Of a stretch of 64,000 bases of DNA, positions 28,732 through 39,375 are shown one piece after another. Origin of the DNA: Alphaproteobacteria bacterium (lineage in GTDB: Bacteria > Pseudomonadota > Alphaproteobacteria > Bin95); assembly GCA_963665325.3 (NCBI GenBank), contig OZ224045.1, forward strand, positions 1,632,001 to 1,696,000. Reading direction: 5' to 3'. The stretch's first letter is position 1. Each line of letters begins with the position of its first letter. A model generated the notes under the pieces. The model saw only the letters and a program-made list of their open reading frames with translations. It made no database searches and had not been told where the DNA came from. The position numbers were made by a program, and so were the translations under genes.

Positions 28732-30431
28732 CGCAGGAAGTGGCTGCGTGCCAGCGGCACGCGGGTTGCGGGTTCAGCCTGCAGCAGCACACCATCGGCG
28801 CGGACCTCGAAGGTGGCCGGATCCACCGCGATGTCAGGACAGGCGCGGTTGCGGATCATGTCAGGCTTGCCGAGGGAACGCACCGAGGTGATTGGCAGGA
28901 TCTCCTTCTGCACGCCGAGGCGTTTGGCAATGTCGTTGTCGATGGCAAGCCGGCTGGCGAAGGTTGCGCCAAGCCGGTGTTTCACGGTTCCCAGGGCTCC
29001 CCACATCGGCCTGTGCAGAAGCGGCTCCGCCCCGATGAAGCTGCCGTTGCCGTCCCCCATGACCGACCAGACGATTTCGCCGGATTTCACCACCATCTTC
29101 GGCTTGGCGGCGAAGTGGTCGGGCCGCCAGAATACCAGGTCGGCCATCTTGCCAGGCTCGATCGAGCCCACATGCGCATCGATTCCGGCCGCGATCGCCG
29201 GGTTGACGGTCAGCTTGGCCATGTAGCGCAGGATGCGTTCATTGTCGGCACAGGCCGTTTTCTCTTCGGCCAGACGTCCGGTCCGGTCCTTCATGATCGA
29301 TGCCAGCTGGAACGCCTTGGTCGCGTTCTCGGCCAGACGGCCCATACCCTGGGTGTCGGTCGCAAAGATCGAGATTGCGCCCAGGTCGTGCAGGAAATCC
29401 TCCGCGACCATGGTCTGCGGGCGGATGCGCGCCTCCGCAAAGGCCACGTCCTCCGGCAACTCGTAGCTCATCGCGTGGGCCAGCATGGTCATCGGCACCC
29501 CCTCCTCCAGTGCCGCCGGCGTGAAGGGGTTGGTGGGGTTGGTCGAGGACGGCAGCACGTTGGCGAAACCGTTCACGGCGAGGATGTCGGGCGCATGACC
29601 GCCGCCCGCGCCCTCGGTGTGGTACATGTGAATGGTCCGACCGGCGACGGCGGCCATGGTGTCCTCGTAGAACCCGAACTCGTTGATGGTATCGGTGTGG
29701 ATGTGGACCGAGAAGTCCGCCGCATCCGCGGCGCGCAGGCACCCGTCGATCACGGCGGGCGAGGCACCGAAGTCCTCATGGATCTTCACCCCGAGCGCGC
29801 CGCCCGCAACGCTCTCCGCCACTGCGCCCGCGTCCGAGCATCCGCGCCCCAGGAACCCGAAATTGAGCGGATATTCGTCGCAGGCCTGGATCAGCCGGCC
29901 CAGGGTATGTGGGCCCGAGCAGGACACATCGAAATGCGGCCCGGGGCTCATCCCGATCATCGTGGTGCAGCCCCCCGCGAGTGCATGGTACGCCTGTTGA
30001 GGTGACAGGAAATGCGCGTGCGCCTCGATCACGCCGGGGGTCACGATCAACTGGTCGCCATGCATGATCGTCGTGTTGGGTCCGGTATCCAGGCCGGGTG
30101 TGACACCGGCCATGATCTCCGGGTTCCCGGCCTTTCCGACGCCCACGATACGCCCGCGGCGCACGCCGATATCGGCCTTGATGATCCCCAGAACCGGATC
30201 GATGATCAACGCGTTGTGCACGACCAGGTCCAGGGCCTGTTCGGCATCGGTACCGCGGGTGCGGAATCCCTCGCCATCGCGCATGACCTTGCCGGCCCCG
30301 GTGGTCAGTTCGTCGCCAGGATGGGTGTGGTCGTGCTCGACCTCCGCCAGCAGGGACGTATCGCCCAGGCGGATCATGTCGCCGGTGCTCGGCCCGTAGA
30401 GGCGGGCGTACTGGCCGCGATCCATTTTCAC
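28728..30431 (-). CDS. ureC: Urease alpha subunit homolog (divergent)
   Basis: YGPSTGD..RLGDT, Hx[32 protein letters not shown] and DTQGMGR; the flap Cys is absent. Confidence 0.92.
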   Translation of the reverse strand: MKMDRGQYARLYGPSTGDMIRLGDTSLLAEVEHDHTHPGDELTTGAGKVMRDGEGFRTRGTDAEQALDLVVHNALIIDPVLGIIKADIGVRRGRIVGVGKAGNPEIMAGVTPGLDTGPNTTIMHGDQLIVTPGVIEAHAHFLSPQQAYHALAGGCTTMIGMSPGPHFDVSCSGPHTLGRLIQACDEYPLNFGFLGRGCSDAGAVAESVAGGALGVKIHEDFGASPAVIDGCLRAADAADFSVHIHTDTINEFGFYEDTMAAVAGRTIHMYHTEGAGGGHAPDILAVNGFANVLPSSTNPTNPFTPAALEEGVPMTMLAHAMSYELPEDVAFAEARIRPQTMVAEDFLHDLGAISIFATDTQGMGRLAENATKAFQLASIMKDRTGRLAEEKTACADNERILRYMAKLTVNPAIAAGIDAHVGSIEPGKMADLVFWRPDHFAAKPKMVVKSGEIVWSVMGDGNGSFIGAEPLLHRPMWGALGTVKHRLGATFASRLAIDNDIAKRLGVQKEILPITSVRSLGKPDMIRNRACPDIAVDPATFEVRADGVLLQAEPATRVPLARSHFLR

Positions 30432-31120
30432 GGCGCGTCCTCCAGATACCCGCGATCCCTGGCGCGCTGGAACGCGGCCTCGCGTGTGGCCGGGTCATCC
30501 GCCGGGCCCTCGGCCAGACCGGCAAAACCGCGGATTTCACGCGTCCCGGCATAGGGCACGAGGCGCACGCGCCGACCGATTCCGGGGTCGAAGCGTTCCC
30601 CGCCACCGGAGGGACGGTCCAGCCGCATGCCCCAGGCCCTGGTCCGGTCAAACTGCAGCACTCTGTTGACCTCGAAGAAATGTGCATGGCTTCGGACCTG
30701 TATGGACCGGTCGCCGGTGTTCAGCACGTCGATTTCGACGCCCTCGCGCCCGGCGTTGAGCTCGATCTCTCCCGCTTTCGGGATGATCTCGCCGGGGACA
30801 GGCGCCGCATCGCCGCCCGGAGGGATCGGATCAAAGACCGTCACCAGCTTGGTGCCCTCGGCCATCGAAACCTCGACCGAGACCATCCGCAGCATTTCCG
30901 GCACGCCCGCCTCGACGTCCTCTGCCGTCAGGATGGTTCCGCCCAGCGAAACCAGCGCCGGGTGGTCCAGCCCCTTCCGGGCCGCCAGCAGGATTTCGTC
31001 GGCGATGAGGGCATTGGCCTCGGGCAGCGACAGGCGCACGCCTTCGCTTCGATATCGTCGCGCGAGTTCGGCCGCCTGGAAGATGACCAGTCGGTCCATT
31101 TCTGTCGGGGTCAGGTTCAT
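30428..31120 (-). CDS. ureAB: Fused urease gamma/beta subunit
   Basis: MNLTPTEMDRL...GTKLVTV..PI (gamma) followed by PGEI...NTGDRSIQV..H.HFFEVN (beta). Confidence 0.92.
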   Translation of the reverse strand: MNLTPTEMDRLVIFQAAELARRYRSEGVRLSLPEANALIADEILLAARKGLDHPALVSLGGTILTAEDVEAGVPEMLRMVSVEVSMAEGTKLVTVFDPIPPGGDAAPVPGEIIPKAGEIELNAGREGVEIDVLNTGDRSIQVRSHAHFFEVNRVLQFDRTRAWGMRLDRPSGGGERFDPGIGRRVRLVPYAGTREIRGFAGLAEGPADDPATREAAFQRARDRGYLEDAP

Positions 31121-31130
31121 TGGCGTCTCT

Positions 31131-31781
31131 TCAGTTGGCGAACAACCGCCCGTCGCCGGGGCGCATCATCGCGATTTCCGAGATCGGGGCAAAGCTGGCG
31201 GGCAGCGTGCCGGGCAGCGGCGGGGCCGTGAAAGGGGCGAATTCCGGCTGCAGGTCCCGCAGGATGCCCTGCGCTTCCAGTGCTCCGACCAGGCCCAGCC
31301 GCACCGCGGCGCCGGCCAGTCCCTGTGCCGCGGCGTGGGCGGAAACGGCCAATGCCGGTGCAAGCTCAAGTCCCATGGACCGGAACACCGCGCCCTGGGC
31401 AACCGGCAGGTGCCCGGCGGCCTCTCCGTCCAGCACCGCCCCGCGGAACCGCACTGCCACGGGGTCGCCCAGGCGCGCCGTTGCCGAGAGAAACGCCTGC
31501 CCGGCCTCGGCCGAGCGGGCCCGCAACGGTTCGGCCATGAACAGACGATCGGTCCTGGCATCGACCGGCAACTCGTCATCGGTCCGATATGCATCCGCCA
31601 GCACGACCCGGTCGAACTGCGCCCAGCGGCCGAGCATCTCGACAGCCAGCCAGGGACCGAAGCCCGCACGGTCAAGCCGGCCGTTTTCCGCAGCGGTCTC
31701 CATCCCCCATGAATAGGCGAAGGCGCCTGACGGAAAGCCGCTGTCAGCCAGCTGCAGGGCGCGCAGGGTATCCAGGCTCAC
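31131..31781 (-). CDS. ureF: Urease accessory protein UreF
   Basis: LQLADSGFPSGAFAYSWGME and C-terminal RLFAN; GTG start overlaps the ureE stop. Confidence 0.9.
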   Translation of the reverse strand: MSLDTLRALQLADSGFPSGAFAYSWGMETAAENGRLDRAGFGPWLAVEMLGRWAQFDRVVLADAYRTDDELPVDARTDRLFMAEPLRARSAEAGQAFLSATARLGDPVAVRFRGAVLDGEAAGHLPVAQGAVFRSMGLELAPALAVSAHAAAQGLAGAAVRLGLVGALEAQGILRDLQPEFAPFTAPPLPGTLPASFAPISEIAMMRPGDGRLFAN

Positions 31782-32233
31782 TGCCCGGCCTCCAAGCGTT
31801 CGATCGCAAAACTGCAGAACACTTCCGCATCGGCCAGCCGGGCACGGTAGGTATCCTCCGGCCCGTCCATGTGGACGACAATGGCGCCGCCGCAAAAGTC
31901 GGCCTTCCAGTGCAGATTGCCGCAGAAGTAGCCGAGCCGCAGCCCGGAGGCGACGTCAGCGGGTATCAGGCGCAGGCGTGGGCCGCCATCGATGCGGGCG
32001 ACGATCATCAGGCCCTCGTCCGAATACAGGACGGCGCCGTCCTCCAGTGCCGCATCGCGGGGCAGGGCAAGGGCCACATCCCTTCCCCTGTCCGTTACCA
32101 GGCGCATTCTGCGCCGCGGTGCGTCGACGCGCGCGATCCGCACGGTCTCCAGCGCACCCCTCGCCTCTGACGCATGAGCCCGGTCGTGCCACGGTTGCTC
32201 GACGGTGCGGCCGAGCACGGCAGAGAGCACCAT
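31778..32233 (-). CDS. ureE: Urease accessory protein UreE
   Basis: RRRMRLVTDRG, LEDGAVL and GNLHW; no His-rich tail. Confidence 0.85.
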   Translation of the reverse strand: MVLSAVLGRTVEQPWHDRAHASEARGALETVRIARVDAPRRRMRLVTDRGRDVALALPRDAALEDGAVLYSDEGLMIVARIDGGPRLRLIPADVASGLRLGYFCGNLHWKADFCGGAIVVHMDGPEDTYRARLADAEVFCSFAIERLEAGQ

Positions 32234-32266
32234 CGGCCCTCCGCCCGATGTCGCGTCGCCCGGCAC

Positions 32267-33781
32267 CTACATCGCCGTCCAGTCACCCGATTGTTCGAAC
32301 GCATGCGCGGCGCGGTAGATGCTCGTCTCGTCGAAATGCCTGCCTGTCAGCATCATCGAAACCGGCAGCCCGTCGGACATGCCGCAGGGCACCGCCATGG
32401 CCGGGTGCCCGGTGACGTCGAAGGGAGCGGTGTTGGCGAGCATCTCGAACGCCCGGGCGAAGGTGCCCTCTCGCGCATCGCCGGGGCCGGGCAACCTGGT
32501 TGCCTTCAAGGGCAGGGTCGGCATGAGCAGGAGATCATGCTCGGCCAGCACGGCGTCATAGGCCGCGCGGAGCCGCCGGGCGATGTTCTGGGCCTTCGCG
32601 TAGTACCGGCCCCGGTAGGCATTGATGCCGTACTGGCCCGCAAACATTGAAATCTTCAGTGTCTCGGAAAGCTCGTCGGCCCTGGCCCGCCAGCCTGCAT
32701 GGGCATCGATCAGTGTCGGGGAGTACAGCCCCTTGTAGTTCATGCCATAGCCGTTCCCCTGCATCATCTGCCACTGCAGTCCTTCCAGCGCGATGGGGGT
32801 CCAGACGACGATGCCCTGGCTGTGCATCGGGATCGAAACCTCGGTCACCGTGGCGCCAAGGCTCTCCAGCTTCCCGGCAGCGGCGCGGACCTTCGCATCG
32901 ACATCGGCTTCTGAGTTCTCGTGCCCGAAGCCCTCCCTGACAACCGCGATCCTCATGCCCTGCACGCCCGCGCCCAGTGCCTCGGTGTACGGTGCCGTCG
33001 CCGGGTCGTACTGCCGGGGATCCAATCCGTCCGCACCGGCCAGGACCTCGAGGAACAGGGCATTGTCGGCGACGGTCCGGCTCATCGGGCCGGTGTGGTC
33101 GATTGTCAGCTCGATCGGCATCACCCCGGTATAGGGCACAAGACCATGGGTGGGTTTCAGGCCGTACACTCCGCAATATGCGGCGGGCATGCGGATCGAG
33201 CCTCCCTGGTCACCGCCAATCGCTAGGTCGACCTCGTTGGCCACCAGCAGCGCGCCCGAGCCGGATGACGATCCTCCGGCCGAATAGCCGGGCTTGCGCG
33301 GGTTTTCCACCGGCGCCGGACTGGACGTATGGCTGCCGCCCGACAGGCAGAAATACTCGCAGGTCGCCTTGCCGAGGATCGTTCCGCCCGCGTCCAGGAT
33401 ACGCTGGACGATCGTGGCGTCGACATCGGGAACAAAGCCCTCGAGCGTCGAGGCGCCGTTCATCATCGGCACGCCGGCAACCATGACATTGTCCTTGATG
33501 GCCACCGTCTTGCCTGCCAGCTTGCCCGTGGGCGCGCCCTTGATCTCGGATTTCCAGTACCAGGCGTTGTACGGGTTTTCCTCGGGTTTCGGGCGATGGC
33601 CGGGGGTGCGGGGCCAGGTCACCGCCGGGATCTCGTCGGGCATTTCGTCCAGGGCGTCGTAGCGATCGAAAATGCCCTGCATGTTCTCCAGGTAGAAGTC
33701 GACTTCTCCGCTGTCCATCGACATGCCCAGTTTCGCGATGATCCCGGACATCTGCGCGGTGGTAGGCCTCTTGATCGCCAT
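32267..33781 (-). CDS. Amidase signature enzyme
   Basis: IKDN, GGSSSGS and GDQGGSIRMP (Ser-cisSer-Lys triad). Confidence 0.93.
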   Translation of the reverse strand: MAIKRPTTAQMSGIIAKLGMSMDSGEVDFYLENMQGIFDRYDALDEMPDEIPAVTWPRTPGHRPKPEENPYNAWYWKSEIKGAPTGKLAGKTVAIKDNVMVAGVPMMNGASTLEGFVPDVDATIVQRILDAGGTILGKATCEYFCLSGGSHTSSPAPVENPRKPGYSAGGSSSGSGALLVANEVDLAIGGDQGGSIRMPAAYCGVYGLKPTHGLVPYTGVMPIELTIDHTGPMSRTVADNALFLEVLAGADGLDPRQYDPATAPYTEALGAGVQGMRIAVVREGFGHENSEADVDAKVRAAAGKLESLGATVTEVSIPMHSQGIVVWTPIALEGLQWQMMQGNGYGMNYKGLYSPTLIDAHAGWRARADELSETLKISMFAGQYGINAYRGRYYAKAQNIARRLRAAYDAVLAEHDLLLMPTLPLKATRLPGPGDAREGTFARAFEMLANTAPFDVTGHPAMAVPCGMSDGLPVSMMLTGRHFDETSIYRAAHAFEQSGDWTAM

Positions 33782-33855
33782 GGTGGGTGTTCCTTCCGTG
33801 TTGTCGTGACAACGCGTCTCGGCCGGACCGGACGCGGTGTTTGCGCCCGGTGGTT

Positions 33856-35250
33856 TCAGAGCACTGGACGGCGTTCACCCCAGTCGGTCATGCGCTGATA
33901 TGCATCGCAAAGCCGGATCGACGTTGCCTCGCCGAACGGCCGGGCGATGGCCTGGAAGGCAACCGGCAGGCCGGCTTCGGTAAACCCGCAGGGAGTGGCG
34001 ATCGACGGCAGGCCCGTGACATTGGCCGGAGCCGAGAGCCTCACGAAGACCGGGGTTACCGGCTCGATGACGCCATTGCCCCAGTCCACGGTTTCCTGCC
34101 CGACCCTCGTGGCGGGCGACGGCACGGCCGGCGCGACGATCAGGTCGATGTCTTCATAGGCCTTCGCCCACGCCCGTTGCATCAACTGGCGAACGCGCAG
34201 GGCCTGAATATACCGGGTCGCGGGCATCAGCTCGCCCGCCTCCAGGAAGGTACGCACGTCGTCGGTGTAGAGATCCGGGTCATCGCGCAGCATCACCCTG
34301 TGGTATTCGCTGGCTTCCGGCAGGCACAGGGCAAACTCGACCGACATGATCTGGTCGGCATATGGGATCTCGACATCCGAGATCACCGCCCCTTCCGCCG
34401 CGAACAGGTCGATGGCGGCCCGCACGGCGACCTCGACCTCGGCGTCGCACCTGTCGAAATAGTAGTTGGTCGGAACGCCGATACGCAGACCCCTGACGTC
34501 CTGTCCCAGTGCCGCGGTGTAATCCTCGGCCGGGATATCGACGCTACCCGGATCGCGCGGGTCGTATCCCGCCAGCGCATTCAGGCAGACCGCAGCATCG
34601 GCCACCGTCCGCGTGAGAGGCCCGACATGGTCCAGCGACCACGACAGCGAGGTGACTCCGGCCCGGCTGCAGCGCCCGAAGGTCGGCTTGAGCCCCACGG
34701 TCCCGCACACGGCGGCCGGTATGCGGATCGACCCGCCGGTGTCCGATCCCATGGCCATGAACGTGCTGCCGACCGCAACCGACGCGCCCGAGCCGCCCGA
34801 AGACCCCCCGGGGATGCACCCGGTGTTCCATGGATTGCGCGTATTCGGCGTCGAAATGCCGTAGGCGAACTCGTGTGTGTGTGTCTTGCCGAGGATCACG
34901 GCGCCGGCTTCGCGCAACTGCGCGACACTGGCCGAGTCCGTCTGCGCGCTCCAGTTCTCGCGAACCTTCGACGAGGAGGTCGTGGGCACGCCCGCCACGT
35001 CGTAGAGTTCCTTTATGCCGACCGGGATGCCATGCAGTTCGCCGCGCCAGGCGCCGGCGGAAATCTCGGCTTCGGCGGCCCTGGCCTCCGCCATTGCGCT
35101 GTCGGCCAGGATGCAGGAGAAGGCGTTCAGCTTGGGTTCGGTTGCGGTCGCCCGGTCCAGGCACTCCCGTGTGACGTCGACGGGCGAAACCTCACCGGAC
35201 CTGATCTTCGCCGCGACATAGCGCAGGCTCATGTCGGTCAACGCTGTCAT
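33856..35250 (-). CDS. Amidase signature enzyme (GatA/AtzE-like)
   Basis: GIPVGIKE, GKTHTHEFA, GGSSGGS and GSDTGGSIRIP. Confidence 0.93.
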   Translation of the reverse strand: MTALTDMSLRYVAAKIRSGEVSPVDVTRECLDRATATEPKLNAFSCILADSAMAEARAAEAEISAGAWRGELHGIPVGIKELYDVAGVPTTSSSKVRENWSAQTDSASVAQLREAGAVILGKTHTHEFAYGISTPNTRNPWNTGCIPGGSSGGSGASVAVGSTFMAMGSDTGGSIRIPAAVCGTVGLKPTFGRCSRAGVTSLSWSLDHVGPLTRTVADAAVCLNALAGYDPRDPGSVDIPAEDYTAALGQDVRGLRIGVPTNYYFDRCDAEVEVAVRAAIDLFAAEGAVISDVEIPYADQIMSVEFALCLPEASEYHRVMLRDDPDLYTDDVRTFLEAGELMPATRYIQALRVRQLMQRAWAKAYEDIDLIVAPAVPSPATRVGQETVDWGNGVIEPVTPVFVRLSAPANVTGLPSIATPCGFTEAGLPVAFQAIARPFGEATSIRLCDAYQRMTDWGERRPVL

Positions 35251-35456
35251 GGCAGGTCTCTCCACCGCGGATCAAAGGAATTCGTCGGTGGGGTTTCGCC
35301 GAGATCAACAGCATCGAGCGCATCGAGAAGGCCCAGGATGCCGTCGAGAGCAGGCGTGACGACTGCCCGTCTATCGGAAGTCAGTTCCAGCCGTGCGGCC
35401 CTGCCCAGTACAAGCAACTCAGACGGTTCGATCTGCTTGGGAACGGAGTCACTCAT
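35247..35456 (-). CDS. Small GatC/AtzG-like amidase partner protein (69 aa)
   Basis: GGAGG RBS; MSDSVPKQIEPSELLVLGRAARLELTSDRR...LDAVDLGETPP..SFDP; stop overlaps the amidase ATG. Confidence 0.75.
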   Translation of the reverse strand: MSDSVPKQIEPSELLVLGRAARLELTSDRRAVVTPALDGILGLLDALDAVDLGETPPTNSFDPRWRDLP

Positions 35457-36146
35457 CTGGAAGCCTCCTTCGGGTGCGTACCATTCATCCGCGGTACCAT
35501 AACCCAGCTTGGCGGGACTTCCGACTGATCGGGCGCGAGGGTGGCGGGTCCATGCCGTGACGTGCCGCCATATGCCCGACATCGGCTCTGAAAGGACGAT
35601 CATGGAACCGTGACCTGTCGGCCGCGTCGATCGTCGCCGAGCCTGAAGCGCCGTGACGATCGTGCCTTCCGCCCTGCGGGGACCCGTCCGACTGGCCCCG
35701 CCGGTCCGGACAGGGACGGTGTCGCCGCCGGCGAGCGGGCTCACGCGGCGCTCGTCGCCGACGAAATGGGGCGGATCCGGTGCTCCGGCTTGCATCGCAT
35801 TCACGGATCCGGCCGGGATGGCGCAGCGTCGTTTCCCGGAGCACCCCGCTCAGGCGAAGGCCCGGGCCAACCTGGTTCATTCCGACGGAATGTGAGGGTT
35901 CGGCCGGAACTGGACGTGAAAACTATCGTTTTGAATCAATGCGATCTAGGACAGAAAAAGTGACAAGGCGCCAGGCGGCGACAACGGTGTCGTCCGCTCC
36001 CCCGCCGCCGCACAGGCCCTGAAACAGTCCTGGAGATCGTACTGCGCCGCAACAAGCGGCTTGCACGTGTGCGGGTTCAGTGACCAATATTGCGGTGTTG
36101 GCGAAGACCTGTGCTTTGCGTCGGGTCAACGAGGTACTCCTGCAGT

Positions 36147-37031
36147 ATGGATGACGCGATCAAGCTGATCTTTGACGTTGCCGCCTTTGCATCGATCATG
36201 GTGCTCGTCGTTTCAGGGCTTGCGGTCATTGCCAGCTTGATGGGGATCTTCAACCTGGGTCATGGCGAATTCGTCCTGCTCGGCGCCTACACGGTCTTTC
36301 TGTTTCGCGAATGGGGTCTGCCGATCTGGCTGGGCATGATGGTGGCACCTTTCGTGGTCGGCGCGTTCGGCGCAGGTGTCGAGCGCACCGTGATCCGGCG
36401 ACTGTATGCCCAGCCCGTCATTGCGATGCTGGCCACCTATGCGATCGGACTGATCATCCGCGAAATCGTTCGCGGACTGATCGGCGGAAAGTACTACGCG
36501 ATCGAGGAACCGCTGGCCGGCGCGTTCCAGATGGGGGATATCAGCTTTTCGGTGTGGCGGACCGTGATCATCTGCGCGACCGTCGCAACCATGGTGGGTG
36601 CGTGGATGTTCCTGACGCGCAGCCGCGCCGGCCTGCAGATCCGCGGTGCGTTGGAGAACGCGGCGCTGGCGCGGGCGTCCGGTGTCTCGACCGCCCGCCT
36701 TTATGCGCTGACCTTTGCCATGGGTGCAGCGCTAGCCGGTCTGGCCGGAGCGCTGATGGTGCCCCTGTTCTCGCTGTCCGCGGACCTGGGCGTGCGTTTC
36801 CTGGTGCAGGCATTCCTCTCGGTCATGCTGGGCGGCATCGGCACGTTCAGCGGGCCTGTGATCGGTGGCGCGATGATCGGGTCCATGGTGCCCGGATTCC
36901 AGTGGCTGCGCGAGATTCCGGGCGTGGCCGGACAGGTCAGTCCCGTCGTCGCCGAGGTTCTGGTCTTCGTCACCGCCTTGATTATAGTGAAATTCTGGCC
37001 GAACGGCCTCATCAGCGCAGGGAGGAAGTAG
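36147..37031 (+). CDS. HAAT-family ABC permease (LivH/UrtB-like)
   Basis: MGIFNLGHGEF, GLAGAL and LGGIG. Confidence 0.92.
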   Translation: MDDAIKLIFDVAAFASIMVLVVSGLAVIASLMGIFNLGHGEFVLLGAYTVFLFREWGLPIWLGMMVAPFVVGAFGAGVERTVIRRLYAQPVIAMLATYAIGLIIREIVRGLIGGKYYAIEEPLAGAFQMGDISFSVWRTVIICATVATMVGAWMFLTRSRAGLQIRGALENAALARASGVSTARLYALTFAMGAALAGLAGALMVPLFSLSADLGVRFLVQAFLSVMLGGIGTFSGPVIGGAMIGSMVPGFQWLREIPGVAGQVSPVVAEVLVFVTALIIVKFWPNGLISAGRK

Positions 37032-37032
37032 A

Positions 37033-38256
37033 GTGGCAATTCACAAGGGCATGACACGTCGCACCTTTCTACGCGGCACCAGCGCGCTCGCGGCAGCAGG
37101 CTGGACCGCCGTCGGAACGTCCTGGGTGCTTTCGCCCGAATGGGCGCATGCGGCGGGCCCGATCAAGATGGGCATCGCCACCGACATCACCGGTGCAATC
37201 GCCCCGGGCGGCAACTCGAACTGGCAGACCGCCCAATTCGCGGCCAAGCAGATCAATGAGGCCGGCGGCATCCTCGGACGGCCGGTCGAACTGATCCTGG
37301 AGGACACCGCGTCCGACCCCGGCACCGCGGTCGGCAATGTCCGCCGCCTGATCCAGCAGGCGCAGGTCGATGTCGTGCTGGGCGGCATCACGTCGGCCAT
37401 GCGCGAGGCGATCAAGAATCCGATCGTGCGACGCGGCAAGACGCTCTACATCTACCCGCAGCTCTACGAGGGTCAGGAGTGCACCCAGCATCTCTACTGC
37501 ACCGGTCCCACGCCGTTCCAGCAGTGTGGCGCGTTGCTGCCCTACCTGATCAAGGAGAAAGGCATGAAGCGGTTCGCCATGCCTTCGGCCAACTACATCT
37601 GGCCACAGCTTCTGAACGAGTGGGCGCGGCGCGTGATCGAGGAGAATGGCGCCGAGGTGGTGATGGAGGAGTACTTCCCCCTCGACCAGCTCGAGTATTC
37701 GGCGACGGTCGCCAAGATCATGTCGGAGGGCGTCGATCACGTCTTCAACACCGTCATCCCGCCGGGACTGCAGGCATTCACCAAGCAGCTGTACGAGGCC
37801 GGGTATCATGACAAGGGCGGAACTCTCAGCTGTGTCTACTACGACGAGAACTCGGTGAACTACGTCGCTCCGCGCGAGCTCGAGGGTGTCTATTCCTGCG
37901 TCGACATGTTCCACACCGTCGATGACCCGTTCACCCACCAGCTCATCGCCGACTACAACAAGATGTGGCCGGATTCGCCGTATCTCTTCACCGCCGGAAC
38001 CGCGGCAACCGGCATGTACCGGGGCATCAAGTTCTACGAAGCGGCCGTGATCGAAACGAACGGCGACCTGTCGCGGGAGGCGACAAGTGCCGCTATCGAC
38101 CACGCCATGATCGAGCAGGGGCCGGGTGGAGGCGCACGGATGGTTCCCGGAACCGGACACTGCGAGATGAACATGTACATCGCGCAGTCCAGGTCCGGTG
38201 TCTGGAACATCATCCAGGCAGACCAGGCGGTCGATCCGAAAGAATGCATCGGTTGA
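37033..38256 (+). CDS. Amide/urea-type (AmiC/UrtA-like) substrate-binding protein with Tat signal
   Basis: TRRTFLR twin-arginine motif, GGILGRPVE, YPQLYEGQE and NYIWP. Confidence 0.88.
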   Translation: MAIHKGMTRRTFLRGTSALAAAGWTAVGTSWVLSPEWAHAAGPIKMGIATDITGAIAPGGNSNWQTAQFAAKQINEAGGILGRPVELILEDTASDPGTAVGNVRRLIQQAQVDVVLGGITSAMREAIKNPIVRRGKTLYIYPQLYEGQECTQHLYCTGPTPFQQCGALLPYLIKEKGMKRFAMPSANYIWPQLLNEWARRVIEENGAEVVMEEYFPLDQLEYSATVAKIMSEGVDHVFNTVIPPGLQAFTKQLYEAGYHDKGGTLSCVYYDENSVNYVAPRELEGVYSCVDMFHTVDDPFTHQLIADYNKMWPDSPYLFTAGTAATGMYRGIKFYEAAVIETNGDLSREATSAAIDHAMIEQGPGGGARMVPGTGHCEMNMYIAQSRSGVWNIIQADQAVDPKECIG

Positions 38257-38265
38257 ACCGGAACA

Positions 38266-38294
38266 CGCGGCTGCGGGTCAGTCCCGCAGCCGCG
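38266..38294. other. Intercistronic stem-loop after the binding-protein gene
   Basis: CGCGGCTGCGGG-TCAGT-CCCGCAGCCGCG, perfect 12-bp stem with no U-tract. Confidence 0.6.
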
Positions 38295-38319
38295 ACTGTC
38301 CTGCCCCGGACCTGACTAG

Positions 38320-39375
38320 ATGGCCCCGCCCGGCACTCCGCCCCGCAAGCAGCGGAAGATCATGCCGATCCTTGAGGTCGGCGTGCTTGTTGCGCTCCTG
38401 CTCGTTCCCCTGGTCACGAGCGACTTCCACACCATTATCGCCTCCCGCATGCTCCTGTTGGCGTTCCTGGCCATTAGCTTCGATCTCTGCTGGGGGTATT
38501 CGGGTATCATGACCTTTGGCCAGGCCTTGTTCTTCGGCATGGCCGGTTATGTGTCGGCCCTGTTGGCCAACAAGGCGGGCTTTGTCCAGATCTGGGGAAT
38601 CGTGCCGGTCTCGATGGCGGTCGGTCTGGTCAGTGCGTTCCTGATCGGCTGGTTCCTGTTGCTCGGCAGGCGTACGCCCACGATCATCTTTGTCGCGCTC
38701 GGCACGCTGACGGCGTCCTACGCGGCAGAACGACTGGTCGCAGGCTGGCAGTGGGTCGGAGCAGCAAACGGCATGTCGGTCTGGGACTTCCTGAAGGTCG
38801 GCCCCTACGAGATCGAGCCGGGCCCAACCTTCTACTACATCATCCTCGGCTTCCTGATCGTCTGTTACGTGGCCAGCCGATGGATCGTGCGCTCGCAGTT
38901 CGGACTGGTGCTGGTGGGCATGCGCCAGAACGAGGAACGGCTCGCCTTCTTCGGGTACAGGGTACAGCGGTTCAAGGCGCTGGTGTTTTCCTTCGCGGGA
39001 ATGGTCACGGGGCTGGCGGGAGGGCTCTACGCCTTCCACGAAGGGTTCATCGGCCCGGGCAACCTTGGCATCGTTCAATCCACCTACGCGGTTCTCTACG
39101 GTCTGTTCGGCGGCGTCGGGACCCTGCTCGGCCCGGTCCTGGGCGTCGGCGCCATCGAGATGATCGCCTTCAACCTGTCCGACATCGATGAGCTGAAACC
39201 CTACTGGCCGGTCGTGCTGGGAGCCATCATGCTCGTCGTCGTTACCTACCGGCCCACCGGGATCATGGGCTTCCTGGTCTCGACCCGCGAGCGCATCGGA
39301 ACCTTCGGCCTGATCAGGGATGCCTGGCGAGACCGGACGAAACCGGACGACAAGGGTTCCGGTGGCCCTGCTTGA
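38320..39375 (+). CDS. HAAT-family ABC permease (LivM/UrtC-like)
   Basis: DLCWGYSGIMTFGQ, RQNEER..F.GY and GGVGTLLGP. Confidence 0.92.
   Translation: MAPPGTPPRKQRKIMPILEVGVLVALLLVPLVTSDFHTIIASRMLLLAFLAISFDLCWGYSGIMTFGQALFFGMAGYVSALLANKAGFVQIWGIVPVSMAVGLVSAFLIGWFLLLGRRTPTIIFVALGTLTASYAAERLVAGWQWVGAANGMSVWDFLKVGPYEIEPGPTFYYIILGFLIVCYVASRWIVRSQFGLVLVGMRQNEERLAFFGYRVQRFKALVFSFAGMVTGLAGGLYAFHEGFIGPGNLGIVQSTYAVLYGLFGGVGTLLGPVLGVGAIEMIAFNLSDIDELKPYWPVVLGAIMLVVVTYRPTGIMGFLVSTRERIGTFGLIRDAWRDRTKPDDKGSGGPA

Noticed and set aside
34873-34884. GT dinucleotide run as a phase-variation tract
   Set aside because: Short, and it encodes the conserved KTHTHE amidase motif in frame.
36098-36116. Sigma-54 promoter for the amide ABC operon
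   Set aside because: TTGGCGAAGACCTGTGC has 11 nt between GG and GC rather than the required 10.
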